Of a stretch of 64,000 nt of DNA, positions 37,960-52,770 are shown in pieces. The position numbers and the translations under genes were made by a program. Where the stretch lies: assembly GCF_009914755.1 (NCBI RefSeq), contig NC_060926.1. The stretch is one strand, 5' to 3'. The notes below the pieces were generated by a model. That model saw only the letters and a program-made list of their open reading frames with translations, ran no database searches and was not told the origin of the DNA. The stretch is from the human T2T-CHM13v2.0 reference genome, Homo sapiens. The number at the start of each line of letters is the position of its first letter. The first letter of the stretch is position 1.

Positions 37960-38811
37960 ACTGTTTTGGGTGAATCCACGAGGGTTGCGGATTCACTCAA
38001 GCATATTTTAGCCTGGACCTTTTTTCATAAGGGTCTCAGTGTTCATGTTCCCCTGGGGCAAGAACAAATAATTGAATGTTCAGGTTTAACTCTTGGTGGG
38101 CAAGATTAAAGCCAAATTAACTTTAAAACAACAAAATCTTGAAATGAAGTAGATAATATCACTGAGTTCAGGCAGTCCACCCACACTTTTTATTGTTGTG
38201 AATTTAATTCTACAGAATCATATGACTGGTCACCCTTTTATCACCTTCCTAACTCCCTCTGACAATATAAGGATTCACAGAACTGACACTGAGAGACATA
38301 GAGAGGACTCTCCGGCAGTATGAAAAAAACAAAACAAAACAAAACATGACAATATCATTTTCCCATCTAAGATGCCAGTGCTTGTAATACAGATGTTTTA
38401 TACCATACCAAGAATGAGAAAAAGAAAAAAAAGAGAATGTTCAAAAATGCAGACCTAACAGATCTTCAGATAAAACAAGGAGTGAGGATGACAAGTACAA
38501 ACCTGACCCACAGAAAGGGGCAGTGAAGAAAACTTATGTGAGTCATTCTGGGCACCGCAGGAAGGGAGAAAAACTAACTTATTCTTAGAATTTGCGCTAT
38601 ATATCAGTACTCATAGAGGTGTGTGGTCTGAATACATACCAGTGGTCTAAAAAAACCTCAAGCAGACAATTTAATGTTTCCTTGGTAGTGTTGAGACCAC
38701 CAGTGCCATCCTCTCTGGAAAAACACACCCTTAATCCAGGCTGACCATGACTGTAAGGTGCCCTTGACTGTAACATGGGTCTCAATTTCTGATATAAAAG
38801 ATGTGAAAAAA

Positions 38812-38889
38812 ACATTTACCTATGTAACGAACCTGCACATCCTGCACATGTATCCCTGAACTTAAAATAAAAGTTGAAAGAAAAAAAAC
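38812..38889 (+). mobile_element. Very short L1PA 3' end with poly(A)
   Basis: cctatgtaacgaacctgcacatcctgcacatgtatccctgaacttaaaataaaagtt(A)n. Confidence 0.8.
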
Positions 38890-40363
38890 AGTAGCAAAAT
38901 TAGTACAATAAATGCTGTGTATCCACCTAAAAAAAATCTAAAATGTTCTCTAAAAAAAGGTGAAAGTTTTAGAATTATGGTATTCCTACCCAAGAACAGT
39001 TCTAGTGTCAATGAAGAGATTCATAAGGCCTATGTTTATTACTGAAAATGTATCCAGAGGAAAACTGGTTTCCTTTAAGGTTTTTATGAGAACTTAATTT
39101 GATTTAAAAATGTCTATATTCAAACAATACCCTTTTAAGGCCCATCTAAACTCCAAAGAGTTAGAAAAATCACCATGGAATGTTTAATTTTTAGTGCAGT
39201 TTTCTGCCACTATCGGAACTGGACATCTAGTATGTAGATGATGGATAGGAGATCTGAGTTTCTAGTAATACCACTAAGAAACCGTAATTTTCCCAAGTCA
39301 GCACTGTACCATAGCTCAGTCCCTGGGCTTTTTCCTTCCTTGGTGATCTCATCCAGATCCATGGCTTCAGATATACACTAGTGACTCCTAAATTTCTATT
39401 TCTAGTCGAGTTCTCATATACCAAACTCGAATACTATCTGCCTATTTGCCACCTCCTCTTGGATATCTAGGAGATACCTGAAATCTAACATGTCCAAATT
39501 GAACTACTGATTGTACCTCTGAAACCCATTCTACCCTCTGCCTTCTTCAATTCAGCTGACTCAACTCTGTCCTTCTAGTTGCTCAGGACAAAATTCTAGA
39601 GTCAATTTTGACTCTTCTCTTTCTCTCAAATCCCACATCAGGAAATCCTGTTGGGTGTATCTTCAAAACATACAGCATATCTCATTTTATTGTGCTTTGC
39701 TTTACTGCACTTCGCAGGTACTGCAGTTTTTTGTTTGACAAATTAAAGGTTTGTAGCAACCACGCATCAAGCAAGTCTATCAGTGTCATTTTTCCAACAC
39801 CATGTACTCACTTTCTATCTCTGTGTCACATTTTGGCAATCTTGCAATATTTCCAAATTTTTCATTATTATTATATCTGCATGGTGATCTGTGATCTTTG
39901 ATGTTGCTACTGAAATTGTTTTAGGGCACCACAAATTATGCCCACATAAGATGGCAAGCTTAAATCGAAAAATGTTATGTGTGTTCTCATTGCTCCACCA
40001 ACTGCTGTTCTCCCAACTCCCTTCCTCTCCTCAAGCTTCCCTATTCCTAAGATACAATAATATTACAATTAGGCCAATTAGTAGCCCTACAATGGCCTGT
40101 AAGTGTTGGAGTAAAAGGAAGGGTTGCACATCTCTCACTTTAACCCAAAATCTGGAAATAAGGTTAGTGAGGAAGACATGCTCAAAGCCAAGAGAGGCTC
40201 AAAGCTAGGCCTTTAGTGCCAAACAGCCAAGCTGTGAATGCAAAGGAAAAGTTGTTGAAGGAAGTTAAAAATGCTATTCCAGTGAACACACATGTGGTAA
40301 AGAAGGAAAACAGCCTTATTGCTGATAGGGATAAAGCTTTAGTGGTCTGGATGGAAGAGCTAA

Positions 40364-40676
<313 letters not shown>

Positions 40677-41404
40677 TTGCCATACCATTCTCTTAAGCCA
40701 AAGTCTAATCCAGAGCAAGGCCCTGACTCTCTTTAATTCTGTGAAGGCTGAGAGAGGGGAGGAAGCTGCAGAATAGCTGAAAGCTAAAAGGGATCGATTC
40801 ATGAGGTTTAAGAAAAGAAGCCAGCTCCATCACATAAAAGTGCAAGGTGAAGCATTAAATGCTGATGTACAAGTTGCAGCAAGTTATCCAGAAGATCTAG
40901 CTAAGATCATTGATGAACGTGGCCACACTAAACAACAAATTTTCCATGTAGATCAAGCAGCCTTCTGTTGGAAGATACCATCTAAAGAGAAGTCAGTGCC
41001 TGGCTTCAAAGCTTCAAAGGACAGGCTGACTCTCTCTTATTAGGGACTAACACAGCTGGTGGCTTTAAGTTGAAGCCAGTGCTCATCTGCCATTCTGAAA
41101 ATTCTAGAGACCTTAAGAACTGTGCTAAATCTATTCTACCTGTGCTCTATAAATGGACAAGGCCTAGATAACAGCACATCTATTTATAACATGGTTTACT
41201 GAATATTTAAAATCCACTGTTGAGACCTAATGCTCAGAAAAAAGATTTCTTTCCAAATATTACTGCTCAGTGACAAGGCAACTGGTCACCCAGGAGCTCT
41301 GATGAAAATGTACAAGAAGATGCACGTTGTTTTCATGACTGCTAACACAACATCCATTCTTCAGCCAAGGATCAAGGAGTAATTTCAAGTTGCAAGTCTT
41401 CTTA

Positions 41405-41857
<453 letters not shown>

Positions 41858-43636
41858 TCATGGGAGAAGGTTAAAATGTCAACAATAGGAGGCTGGAAGA
41901 AGTTAATCCCAACCCTTATGGATGACTTTGAAGGAAGGGTTCAAGACTTCAGTGGAGAAGTCACTGTAGATGTGGTAGAAACAGCAAGAGAAAAGAATTA
42001 GAAGTGGCATCTGCAGATGTGAATGAATTTGTGCAATCCCATGATAAAACTTGAACGGAAGAGGAGTTGTTTCTTAGGGATGAGCAAAAAAAGTGGTTTC
42101 GTGAGATGAAATCTACTCCTAGTGAAGATGCTGTGAATATGCTGACAATGACAGCAAAGAACTTAGAATACTACATAAACTTAGAGGCAGGGTTTGAAAG
42201 GATTGACTCCAATTTTGAAAGAATTTCTGCTGTGGGTAAAGTGCTATTAAACAGCATTGCACGCTACAGAGAAATCTTTTGTGAAAAGAAGAATCAATGA
42301 ATGTGGCAAACTTTACTGCTGTCTTATTTTAAGCAACTGTCACGGCCATCCCAACCTTCAGCAACCACTACCCTGATCAGTCAGTGGCTGTCAACATTGA
42401 GGGAAGGCCCTCCACCAGCAAAAAGATGACGACTTGCAGAAGGCTGACATGATCATCAGCAGTTTTTAGCAATAAAGTATTTTTGAAATTAAGGTATGTA
42501 CATTTTTTAGACACAATGCTACTGCACTTAATAGGCCACAGTATAGTATAAACATAACTTTTATATATATGGGGAAACAAAAAAATTCTGTGACTGGCTT
42601 ACTGCAGTGGTCTGGAACGGAACCCATAATATCTCCAAGGTATCCCTGTATCCCAAGTCCAACTCCTTTCTTCACCTCTTCCACGTACCACTCTGGTCAG
42701 AGTAATCATCTAATCATCTTCTTACCCTGGAGTATGACAACAGCCAATGTGACTGGTGTCCCTTGTCCTATTTTTGATGAACAATGATCCTATTAAAACC
42801 TAAAGCTACAATTTCATTCCTCTGTTCAAAACCCTTTGATGGCTTTCCACATCATTCAGGAAAAAGAGTCAAGTCAAACCATAGTTTGTAAGACCCTTCA
42901 TAGTCTGCCCCCTTACTTCTCCTCTCACCCATGCTCACTCTGGTCTGGCTGTCTTTGCACAACAGGCCTGCTTTCAACAATGGAGACTTTATACTGCTTG
43001 GTCCTTCCGGCTAGAATGCTCTTCTTCCATATATTTCACTTTCCTCCAAACAGTCCTACCTCACGCCCTTCGAGTCTTTGTTCAAATGTCACCTTCTGAA
43101 TAAAGCCTACCCTGACCACCCTATTTAAAATGGTACCGCCTTCCCTGTGCACACCTAAGTCTCTGATCTTATACTTTTCTTCTGACCTTGTAACATCTTC
43201 TAAGATCTTATAAAATTTACTTATTTATCATGCTTGCCTTCCCTCTGCTGCTGACTTCACCCAAACTCCCCAGAGTATGTATGATAAGCATCTCTGTTTT
43301 CACTGGTAAAAACAAAAGTGCCTGGCACTTTAAGTAGACACTTCATAAATATTTGTTAAATTAATTCCTTCTTTCCACATAGGTGGGGTGGCAAAACTAT
43401 TTTTAATTTACATTTTCTTGTATGTTTTAAACTGCAAAAGTAACAAGTGCTTATTTTACTTAGTGATACAGTGCAAAGATGACTGAATAAAAAGCTAATA
43501 CACTCAAACTTCCTCCATTCTCACCATTATTAGGTTATCCAGTCAACCTGGCAAATCTGTGCTTTATTCCGGCTCTTATTAATATACCCAAATAAATATA
43601 CACAGATTTTTTGCTTTTAATAAAAATGGCATTATA

Positions 43637-43933
43637 GGCAAGGCACGGTGGCTCACGCCTGTCATCCCGGCACTTTGGGAGGCTGAGGCAGGCAGATTGC
43701 TTGAGGCTAGGAGTTTGAGACCAGCCTGGCCAACATGGCAAAACTCCATCTCTACCAAAAAATACAAAAATTAGCTGGGTGTGGTAGCAGGTGCTTGTAG
43801 TCCCAGCTACTGGGGAAGCTGAGGCACAAGAATTGCTTGAACCAGGAGGCAGAGGTTGCAGTGAGCTGAGATCATGCCACTGCACTCCAGCCTGGGTGAC
43901 AGAGAGAGACCCTGTCTCAAAAAAAAAAAAAAA
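43637..43933 (+). mobile_element. Alu (AluJ/S-like)
   Basis: Full dimer; flanking repeat GGCATTATA. Confidence 0.93.
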
Positions 43934-45309
43934 GGCATTATATTCTACTCTACAATATGCTTTTCTTACATATTAGCATGTCATGTATATTATTCCAGAT
44001 CAATAGACAGAGACCTATTTCATTCTCTTTATTATCTGCATAAAATTCCATACTATTGCTACATCGCATTTTGTTAAATTCCCAAAAACATGCATGGAAT
44101 CAATAGAATAATGTCCTTCTATATCTAATTAAAATAATCATTAATATTTATTAACACCCTTCAACCCATGAGAAGAGATTGATCATTAAGTATACTGAAA
44201 TAAGTGAACTATAACATTTTAATTTTAGTCACAGACTGAAACAAAGTTTGTCCTAATCTTCAGTTTGTCTGAAAATTTAATTAATCAAAAGCTTCTAGTC
44301 AATAAAGAAAACATTTTTGTTTCCTACTGTGTGTAAGGCACCCCATTTCCACAATTGGACTTGTATAGAATATTATTATAAAATTCTGTATTTTCTGATG
44401 CAAAACATATATTGCATATTTTATGGCCTATATATAATATGGCCATGAAAGATGAATGGCCTAAATGCAGTCTATTACATAATTTTGAATTATAATTAGA
44501 TAATTATATTCAATTAACAGATAATTATAGATAATTACAAAAACTTATATACAGAGAAATAAATTGTCATACAACCATACCCCGTACCTCTCTTAGTATT
44601 TCTATTCTTTTTGATTTTCAGGTGGTCTTAAAATCAAAACCTTAACAAGATTACTTGCATGTGCGTGTTAAAATATAATTATGTAAAACTTAGTTTGAAC
44701 AATAATTAAAAAATAGTCTTTTCTGTATTTCCTACTTTTTGGTTAACGTACAGATAACAGTTAATAACTAAAAACTCTGAGTTATAGACAATGTTTTATT
44801 GTCAAAGAAATAAGACCTGACCAGGAATTCCGAGCATGACAAAGGCAATTAGAGTAAACATACAGAAAGATTTTGCTCTCCTCGACATAAGAAACTCTAT
44901 TCATCTTTCCCCAAGGCTCTTATTGTTGGCATAAAGCTGAAGTGGAGAGGAAATAGGTTATTTCTTCCCCCAAGAGTTCATTCTATCTCTCCCCTCTACG
45001 TCTCGAGCTTAAGTCAGTGTCTTATTGTAGGGAAAAAAAGATGCAAAGCAAGAAGAAGAAAAAAGGATAAGAGGAGAGAGTAAAGATTTTGGCTATCTCC
45101 TTTGAGCTAAATCTTGACTATTTAAATGTGGATTTTGATAGGTGTAATTATTTTTATTGTTTAATTCCATCATCTGACAGCACAAAACAGATTGGTTAAC
45201 TTGTTCCTTGATTACCTACACATTTAGTTTATCTTTTAAAAAATTTCCAGAGAAACTATTCTCTTTGCCTAACATTCATATATAGAAATAGTCCCTGGGA
45301 GAGTCTAGT

Positions 45310-45625
45310 TCAGAAACGTCAAGTTAGTAGCCTTTAGCCTATGTTGTTTGGCCCATACTGTCTTTCTAAAATTGAACTGATTTTCAATGTGTAAAGACTG
45401 GCAGATACATGAAACTTCTTATTTCTGACTCTTCTTGGGAATCAGCAGAACTGCACATGGGCTTAGACTCCCAACATGGTAACCACTGGGCTGGAGCCCG
45501 GTGGGGGCTGATCTCTTCGAATGGGTCACATGTTCTCTAGGACACCCCCACATCCCACTTGGCTTGCTTCCCTCATTTATATTGTTTACCTAGCCCAGTT
45601 TAAGAATCTGTTTGCAACTCTTGTT
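45310..45625 (+). mobile_element. MER102-like hAT remnant
   Basis: ttgtttggcccatactg...tctcttgggaatcagcagaactg...catggtaaccactgggctggagc resembles recalled MER102. Confidence 0.5.
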
Positions 45626-46672
45626 CTAGTCTCTGTATTACGGTAGCAATGAAAAAAATAAAAACCCTGGCCTTTAACACAGGTGAAGCTTGAAGTGTTC
45701 AGAAACAACAAAATATTGCTTGACTTAGCAAAAAGTTAACAAGTTAGAAATAAAATGTATAGTGCAATTGTGAACTATTTTTTAACTGATTCCATTTTTA
45801 CTTCACAATTTTGCCCTTTAACCTAACCTGTCTCTGCATACTGACAATGCCTGAAAGCTGGATGGTTTCATTACACATAAATACATCTCTCTATAGAAGC
45901 TATTAGGTACAGGCCACTCACTGAAGTGTAATATGATATAAATCACTGGGGATGATAATAGAACACCGACACCTTCACCTTGGCACCTGTCACTCACTGC
46001 ATGACTGGAACAGGCCTCTCTGGAGCTCGGCCTGTGTATACACAGGTCTCTCACAGCATTAGAATTATATTGTTGGAGGCTATTATTAATAGCACATTTA
46101 TAAAAAGTGTGGAAATATCTTTTAGATAACAAAGAATAACTCAAGGGAAAGCTATTTTAAGAAATAATTTAGAAAAGGGATATTTCCACAAAGATCCCCC
46201 CAAAATTAAACTTTTTATTACCAGAAGTAATATGCTGATTTATCAGTCCCTTGTTTATAAAATACCTTTAAATGAAAAAGTTATGCTTTTTAATTTTACT
46301 CTAAAGTAAACAACATATGATGAAACAGGATTTTAGAGAGGAGAAATGTAAACATCAAATAAATGATATAAAAATGTAGCAACCAATATCTTACATGGCT
46401 AAAAAGGTTTCTTCTTTGTTACTCAATCACATCCCTTCAAAGGAGTCAGTGAAAATTCTGGGAAGATGAAATTCGGTCCTATTCATTTACTTCCCTCTGA
46501 TCTTTGTTATTTTGTTAATTATTTTGGAAACCTATATATTAAAGTTTTAGGTATTCTCTCAAATTTAAAATGTACTTAAGATACCATTTTTATTTATTTG
46601 GTCAGAGAAAGTTTTTAATAATGAGTTTACATACTTCCTATGAAAATTACAAATAAAATTTTAGAGGATATT

Positions 46673-47232
46673 TGTGGTAAGGAGAACCTTAAATTGGAGC
46701 CCAAGACTTTATACCCTAATCTCTGAGGCTGTGACTAAGATGTAATTAAGGCTCCCAACCAGTTGCCTTTCAGTTAATCAAAAGGGAGACTATCCAGAGA
46801 GTCCTGACCCACTGACAGGAGCCCTTTAAAGCAGAGTTTTCTCACTGGAGGCAGAAGAGGACACCAGAGAGGTACAAAGTGCCAGGGGAAAGATGCGCTG
46901 TTGCTGGCTTGAAGATGGATGGCCCGTGAGAAGGAACCTGGAGGCCCTGAGGAGCTGAGAGGGGTCACTGACCAAGAGCCAGCAGCGAAACAAGGGTTTC
47001 AGTTCTACAACCACAAGGAACCTAATTCTCTCAACAACTTTAATGAGTTTGGAAGTGATTTCCCCTCAGAGCCTCTGGACAAGGACTCAGCCCGGAAGAC
47101 ATCTTAATTCAGCCTGATACACTGAACAAACAACCCAGTGTGCTTACAGTTTACAGAACTGTGTGCTAAGTGGCTGTTGCCACAAGTCTCAAGTTTGTGG
47201 TAATTTATTATGTAGCAAGAAACAACTAACAC
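46673..47232 (+). mobile_element. MLT1 (ERVL-MaLR) solo LTR
   Basis: tgtggta start; ttaatcaaaagggagactatcc; ctacaaccacaaggaac; end tttgtggtaatttattatgtagcaagaaacaactaacaca. Confidence 0.8.
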
Positions 47233-47522
47233 AATGCGAAGGAATTACCTATTATTAGGAAGGAAAATAAAATGTACTGAATGTAAGAATGCTACCTTTT
47301 TCAGAGTATTTAAGGTTCACTGCTGATTTGTTAAGCTGTTGCATGTTGAGAAAAACAATATGGTTAAGGGTAGAAGTAATCATTCTTAGGAAGTGAAACA
47401 AATCTAGGAACAGATTTGAAATATTCAAACCCAATTCTAATCACAGCAAGTTATTAATCAATAAAAATCTAGACATTTCAACTTCAAACTCAGGAAAGAT
47501 CATGTATAGCAGAGAAACTTAC

Positions 47523-47646
47523 CCTATTTTGAAAAAATGATGCATGAAAATGTGATGTTGTAGCAGATATTGATACTAAAGTAATCGTTTCTTCAGAACT
47601 AGGATTATGTAAGTAGACTTTTTCCATTTTTGGCATTCCAACTGGT
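47523..47646 (-). CDS. TMEM131: TMEM131 internal coding exon (124 nt; PVGMPKMEKVYLHNPSSEETITLVSISATTSHFHASFFQNR), most 5' exon in the window
   Basis: Acceptor ttttacag and donor AGG|gtaagt. The translation matches the recalled TMEM131 luminal region, and the phase joins the next exon. Confidence 0.95.
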
Positions 47647-48914
47647 CTGTAAAACAAAAAGAAAATTATCACAAATATTTCACAGATAATTCTGATTATT
47701 TCTAGTTGTTAAAAAATTAATCAAAATTGTTAGACAAATACATAGCTAAATATATTAAAATGCTTTCTGAATTTATATTTAAAATTACACATAAAAATGC
47801 ATTTAGTCTTTCAATAAATATTTCCTGAGTGCCAATTATGTCACGTACAGTGCCAGGTGCTGGGATACAGTGAAGCAAGTTTCATCCCTGAGGCTCAGAA
47901 CCCAGTGAGGCGGCGGACGGGGCACAAAATGGTCAGTTCCTTTTCTTTCTTTCTGTACCACCACCCGGCCTCCTACCAATTGTGTCCTCTTCTCAAATTC
48001 CACAGATACGTGCTCTTCATTTTAGGAGCAGAAACTGAGTAGCAAAGTTGTGTGAGGAAATCTTGTGAGTTAGGGGCTTTTACTATACTCATTTCATAGA
48101 TGAGAATACTGGGGCACAGAAAAGTTAATTAACTTGTCAAAGGCACACTTGGAACCTGGATGTGAATCTAAGTCTTCTGGGTCTAGTCTGCGCTTTAACC
48201 GCCAGTACTGAACTGCCTCTTGTCAAACCTAAACACACTCAATGGTCTGAAATCCACAAATCCATTTTAATGACTCCCTTGGCATCCATGCCATGGTTTG
48301 CCTTAGAAGTGAAACTTTATTCTATAGTCCACTTACTACTTCTGTAGCTAATCTTATTGGTACAGGCCTCCTAACTTCTATAGCTTCCTTGCTTTTTCTA
48401 ACTACCTATACACACCCACTAGTTACTAGGTTCCTTCCTAATCTCACATGACCCAACCTAAACAAGTAACCCTGTTTTCAATCCAGACCTTCCACCTGAG
48501 CCAGGCTAGTTCCATGGGCAAGTCCCCCACGGCTCTGCTAATCTGCCTGCCCTGTGTTTTTTTTCCCTATCCTCCTATACCAATCCAAACCCTCATTTCT
48601 AATTCAAATATACACCCTTCTTTCACAAGGTCCTCTCCTCATGCAATCATTTTGGTCCATGGTTTTCGAAATTTTACATTTTGTAATTCACATTTAAAGT
48701 ATGCATATAAACCTCAAATCCCAAGCAGTTGAAAACGCAGAGCCAGAACTTCATTTTATATTTCGTTCAACTGTCCACCATGCTTTTGTTCTTCAAGAAG
48801 TTCTGTCTCTACCTTTTCTTCAATTTAGTTGCTCACCTCTAATTCAAGACTTGGGAAAGTTGATAAACAGTGAACAGCTGATAATTTTCAATAGTTTAAG
48901 AAAATGGAATGCAG

Positions 48915-51900
48915 GTGGAAGGGCAGGGCATGATGGCCAAATAGAAGGCTCCACCTTCATTGTCCCTTCTCCCCACAGAAATACTAAATTTAACAACTCT
49001 CTATGCCAAAAAAATCACCTTCATAAGAACCAAAAATCAGGTGAGCACTCACAGTACTTGGTTTGGTTTTAACTTCATATCACTGAAAGAGGCAATGAAG
49101 AGGGTAGGGAAGAAAATCTTGAATCGCTGATGCCACCCTTTCCCACCTACCCCACTCCACCCGGCAGCAGCCAAGTGGCACAGAGAGAGAGTCTGTGCAC
49201 TTGGGAGAGGGACAGTGCAGCGACTGTGAGACTTTGCCATGAACTCAGTGCTGCCCTGTCACAGCAGAAAGCAAAATCTGGCTGAACTCAGCGGTCGCCT
49301 GCCCAAGGAGACAGCATTTAGATGAACTCTAGCAGTCCTAACTTGAGTTCCCATTAGCCTTGCCACCTCAGGCTAAAGTGTTCTGGGGCCCTAAATAAAT
49401 TTGAAAGGCAGTCTAGGCCACAAGCACCGCAATTCCTAAGAGAGTCCTAGTGCCGTGCTGGGCTTGGAGCCAGTAGACTTGGGGGGCATGCAACCTACTG
49501 AGACATGAGCTGGGGTGCCCAAGGGAGTGCTTGCACCACTCCTCCTCCAACCCCAGGCAGCACAGCTCACAGCTCTGAAAGAGATCCCTTTCTTCTGCTT
49601 GACAGAGGAGAGGAGGGGGAAGAGAAACAAGGACTTTGTCTTGCATCTTGGATACCAGCTCAGCCACAGCAGGATAGGGCTGCTGTGGATTGGGGAGGGA
49701 GCCCAATTCCCTGAAGGGTGAGTCCCAGACCTGGCAGCATTTACCACAAGCTGACTGAAGAGCCCTTGGGCTTTAAGTGAATACTGGTGGTAGCCTGGCG
49801 GTATTCTCCGTGGGCTTGTGGTGGTGGTGGCCATGGGGTAGGGATCTTCTGCCTGTGGAAAGGGGAGGGAAGAGTGGGTAGGACTGCATCAAATGGGTTG
49901 AAGGCCAGCTCAGCTGCAGGACAACAGAACACTAGGTAGATTTCTAAGGTGTTTGACTCCAGTCCCTGGTCTGGACTGGTCTGGACACACCTACAGACCC
50001 ACCTGGGACCTGGGGGAACTCACTGTCCTGAAGAGAAGGACACAAACCTGGCTGGCTTCACTATCTGCTGATTTTAGAGTCCTAGGGCCTTGAAGAAACA
50101 CACCTGGAAGCCAGGGAGTGGTTACAGTGGGCCTTGGGCGAGACTCAGTGCTGTGTTGGCTTCAGGTCTGACCCAGTGCAGTTCCAGTGGTGGTGGCCAC
50201 AGGGATGCTTTGTCATTCCACTCCCAGATCCAGGTGGCTCAGCACAGAGAGAGAGAGACTGTTTGTTTGGGAGACAGTAAGGAAAGAGAACAGGAATCTT
50301 TGCCAGGTAATCCAGAGAATGCTTCCTGATCTTATCCAAGACCACCAAGATGGTACTTCTACAAGTCTGCAAGAACCACAGTGTTGCTGGGCTTGGGGTG
50401 CCCCCTAATGCAGATATGGCTTAGATCACTACACTCAAGTCCTTCTGAATATCTGGAAAGCCTACCCAAGAAGAAGGGGTACAAACAAGCCCAGACTGTG
50501 AAGATTAAAATAAATACCTAACTCTTCAATGCCCAGACACTGATGAACATCTGCAAGCATTAAGACCAGCCAGGAAAACATGACTTCCTTAAATGAATTA
50601 AATAAGGCACCAGGGACCAATCCGAGAGAAACAGAGATATGTGACCTTCCAGACGGACAATTCAAAATGGCTGTTTTGAGGAAATTCAAAGAAATTCAAG
50701 ATAACATAGAGAAGGAATTAAGAATTCTATCAGACAAATTTAATACAGACGCTGAAATAATTAAAAACAATCAAGCAGAAATTCTAGAGTTGAAAAATGC
50801 AACTGACATACTGAAGACTGCATCAGAGTTTCTTAATAGCAGAATTGATCAAGCAGAAGAAAGAATTAGTGAGCTTGAAGACAGGCTATTTGAAAATACA
50901 GTCAGAGGAGAGAAAACAAAAAAGAATTAAAAAGGAGGCATACCTACGGGACCTAGAAAATAGCCTCAAAAGGGGAAATCTAAGAGTTAATGGCCTTAAA
51001 GAGGAGGTAGAGAAGGAAATAGGGGTAGAAAGTTTATTTAAAGTGATAATAACAGAACACTTCCCAAATCTGGAGAAAGATATTAATATTGAACTACAAG
51101 ATGGTCATAGAACACCAAGCAGATTTAACTCAAAGACTACCTCAAGGCATTTAATAATCAAACTTTAAAAAATCAAGGATAAAGAAAGGATCCTAAAATT
51201 AACAAGAGAAAAGAAACAGAATTAGGTACAATGGAGCTCCAATACCTGGCAGCAAACTTTTCAGTAGAAATCTTACAGGCCAGGAGAGACTGGCATGACA
51301 TACTTAAAGTGCTGAAGGCAACAACAACAAAAAAAACCCCCACACTTTTACCCTAGAATAGTATATCTGGCAAAAATATCCTTTCCAGCGAAAATATCCT
51401 TCAAATATGAAAGAGGAATAAAGACGTTCCCAGACAAACAAAAGCTGAGGGATTTCACTAACATCAGATATATCTTACAAGAAATGCTAATGGGAGTTCT
51501 TTCAAACTGAAAGAAAGGGACATTAGTTAGCATCTCTCCAGGACGTTGGAGTGGGCACAGATTTCTTGAGTAATACTCCGCAAGCACCAGTAACCAAAGC
51601 AAAAATGGACAAATGGGATCATATCAACTTAAAAAGCTTCTGCACAGCAAAGGAAACAATCAACAAAGTTAAGAGACAGCTCACAGAATGGGAGGAAATA
51701 TTTGCAAACTACCTATTTGACAAGGGATTAATAATAACTAGAATATATGAGGAACTCAAATGACTCTAAAGGAAAAAATCTAATAACCTGGTTAAAACAT
51801 GGGCAAAGTATCTGAATAGGTATTTCTCAAAAGAAGACATACAAATGACAAAGAGGTATATAAAAAATGCTCAATATGACTATCAGGGAAGTGCAAATCA

Positions 51901-52770
51901 AAACCACAATGAGATATCTGATTCCAATTAAAATGGCTTTATCCAAAAGGCAACAACAAATACTGGCAAGGATATGGAGAAAAGGGAATGTTGGTGGGAA
52001 TGTATTAGTACAAACACTAGGAACAACAGTTTGGAGGTTCCTCAAAAAACTAGAAGTAGAGCTACCATACAATCCAGCAATCCCAGTCATGAGTATACAC
52101 CCAAAATAAAGGAAATCAGTATATTGTAGCGTTATCTGTACTCCCATGTTTATTACAGCACTATTCACAATAGCCGAGATTTGGAAGCCACCTAAGTGTT
52201 TATTACCAGATGAATGGATAAAAAAAATGTGGTACATATACACGATGGAGTACTATTCAACCATGAAAAATAATGAGATCCTGTCATTTGCAACAACCTG
52301 GATGGAGCTAGAGAACATTATGTTAAGTAAAATAAGCCAGACCCAGAAAGACAAACTTTCCATGTTCTCACTATTTGTGGGAGCTAAAAATCAAAACAAT
52401 TGAACTCATGGAGATAGAGAGTAGGAGGATGGTTACCAGAGGCTGGGAAGGATAGCAGCGGGGATGGGTAGAAATGGGGATGATTAATACGTATAAAGAA
52501 ACTGAAAGTATGGATAAGACCTAGCATTTCCTAGCACAACACGGTGACTACAGTTAAAAAAAAAATTAACTGTACCTTTTAAATAACTACAATAATATAA
52601 ATGGATTGTTGGTAACACAAAAGATAAATGACTGAGGTGATGACTATCCCATTTACCTTGATGTGATTTTTATGCATTGCATACCTGTATCAAAATATCT
52701 TAGGTAATCCATAAATATATATATCTACTATGTACCCACAAAAATTTAAAATAATTTTAAAAAAAAGCAA
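48915..52770 (+). mobile_element. L1MA-type element: 5'UTR, ORF1 remnant (~50580-51520), then directly the ORF2 C-terminus, 3'UTR and poly(A)
   Basis: ORF1-like RIDQAEERISELEDRLFE; ORF2 end [26 protein letters not shown] and WIKKMWYIYTMEYYS; L1MA-like 3'UTR. Confidence 0.88.
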
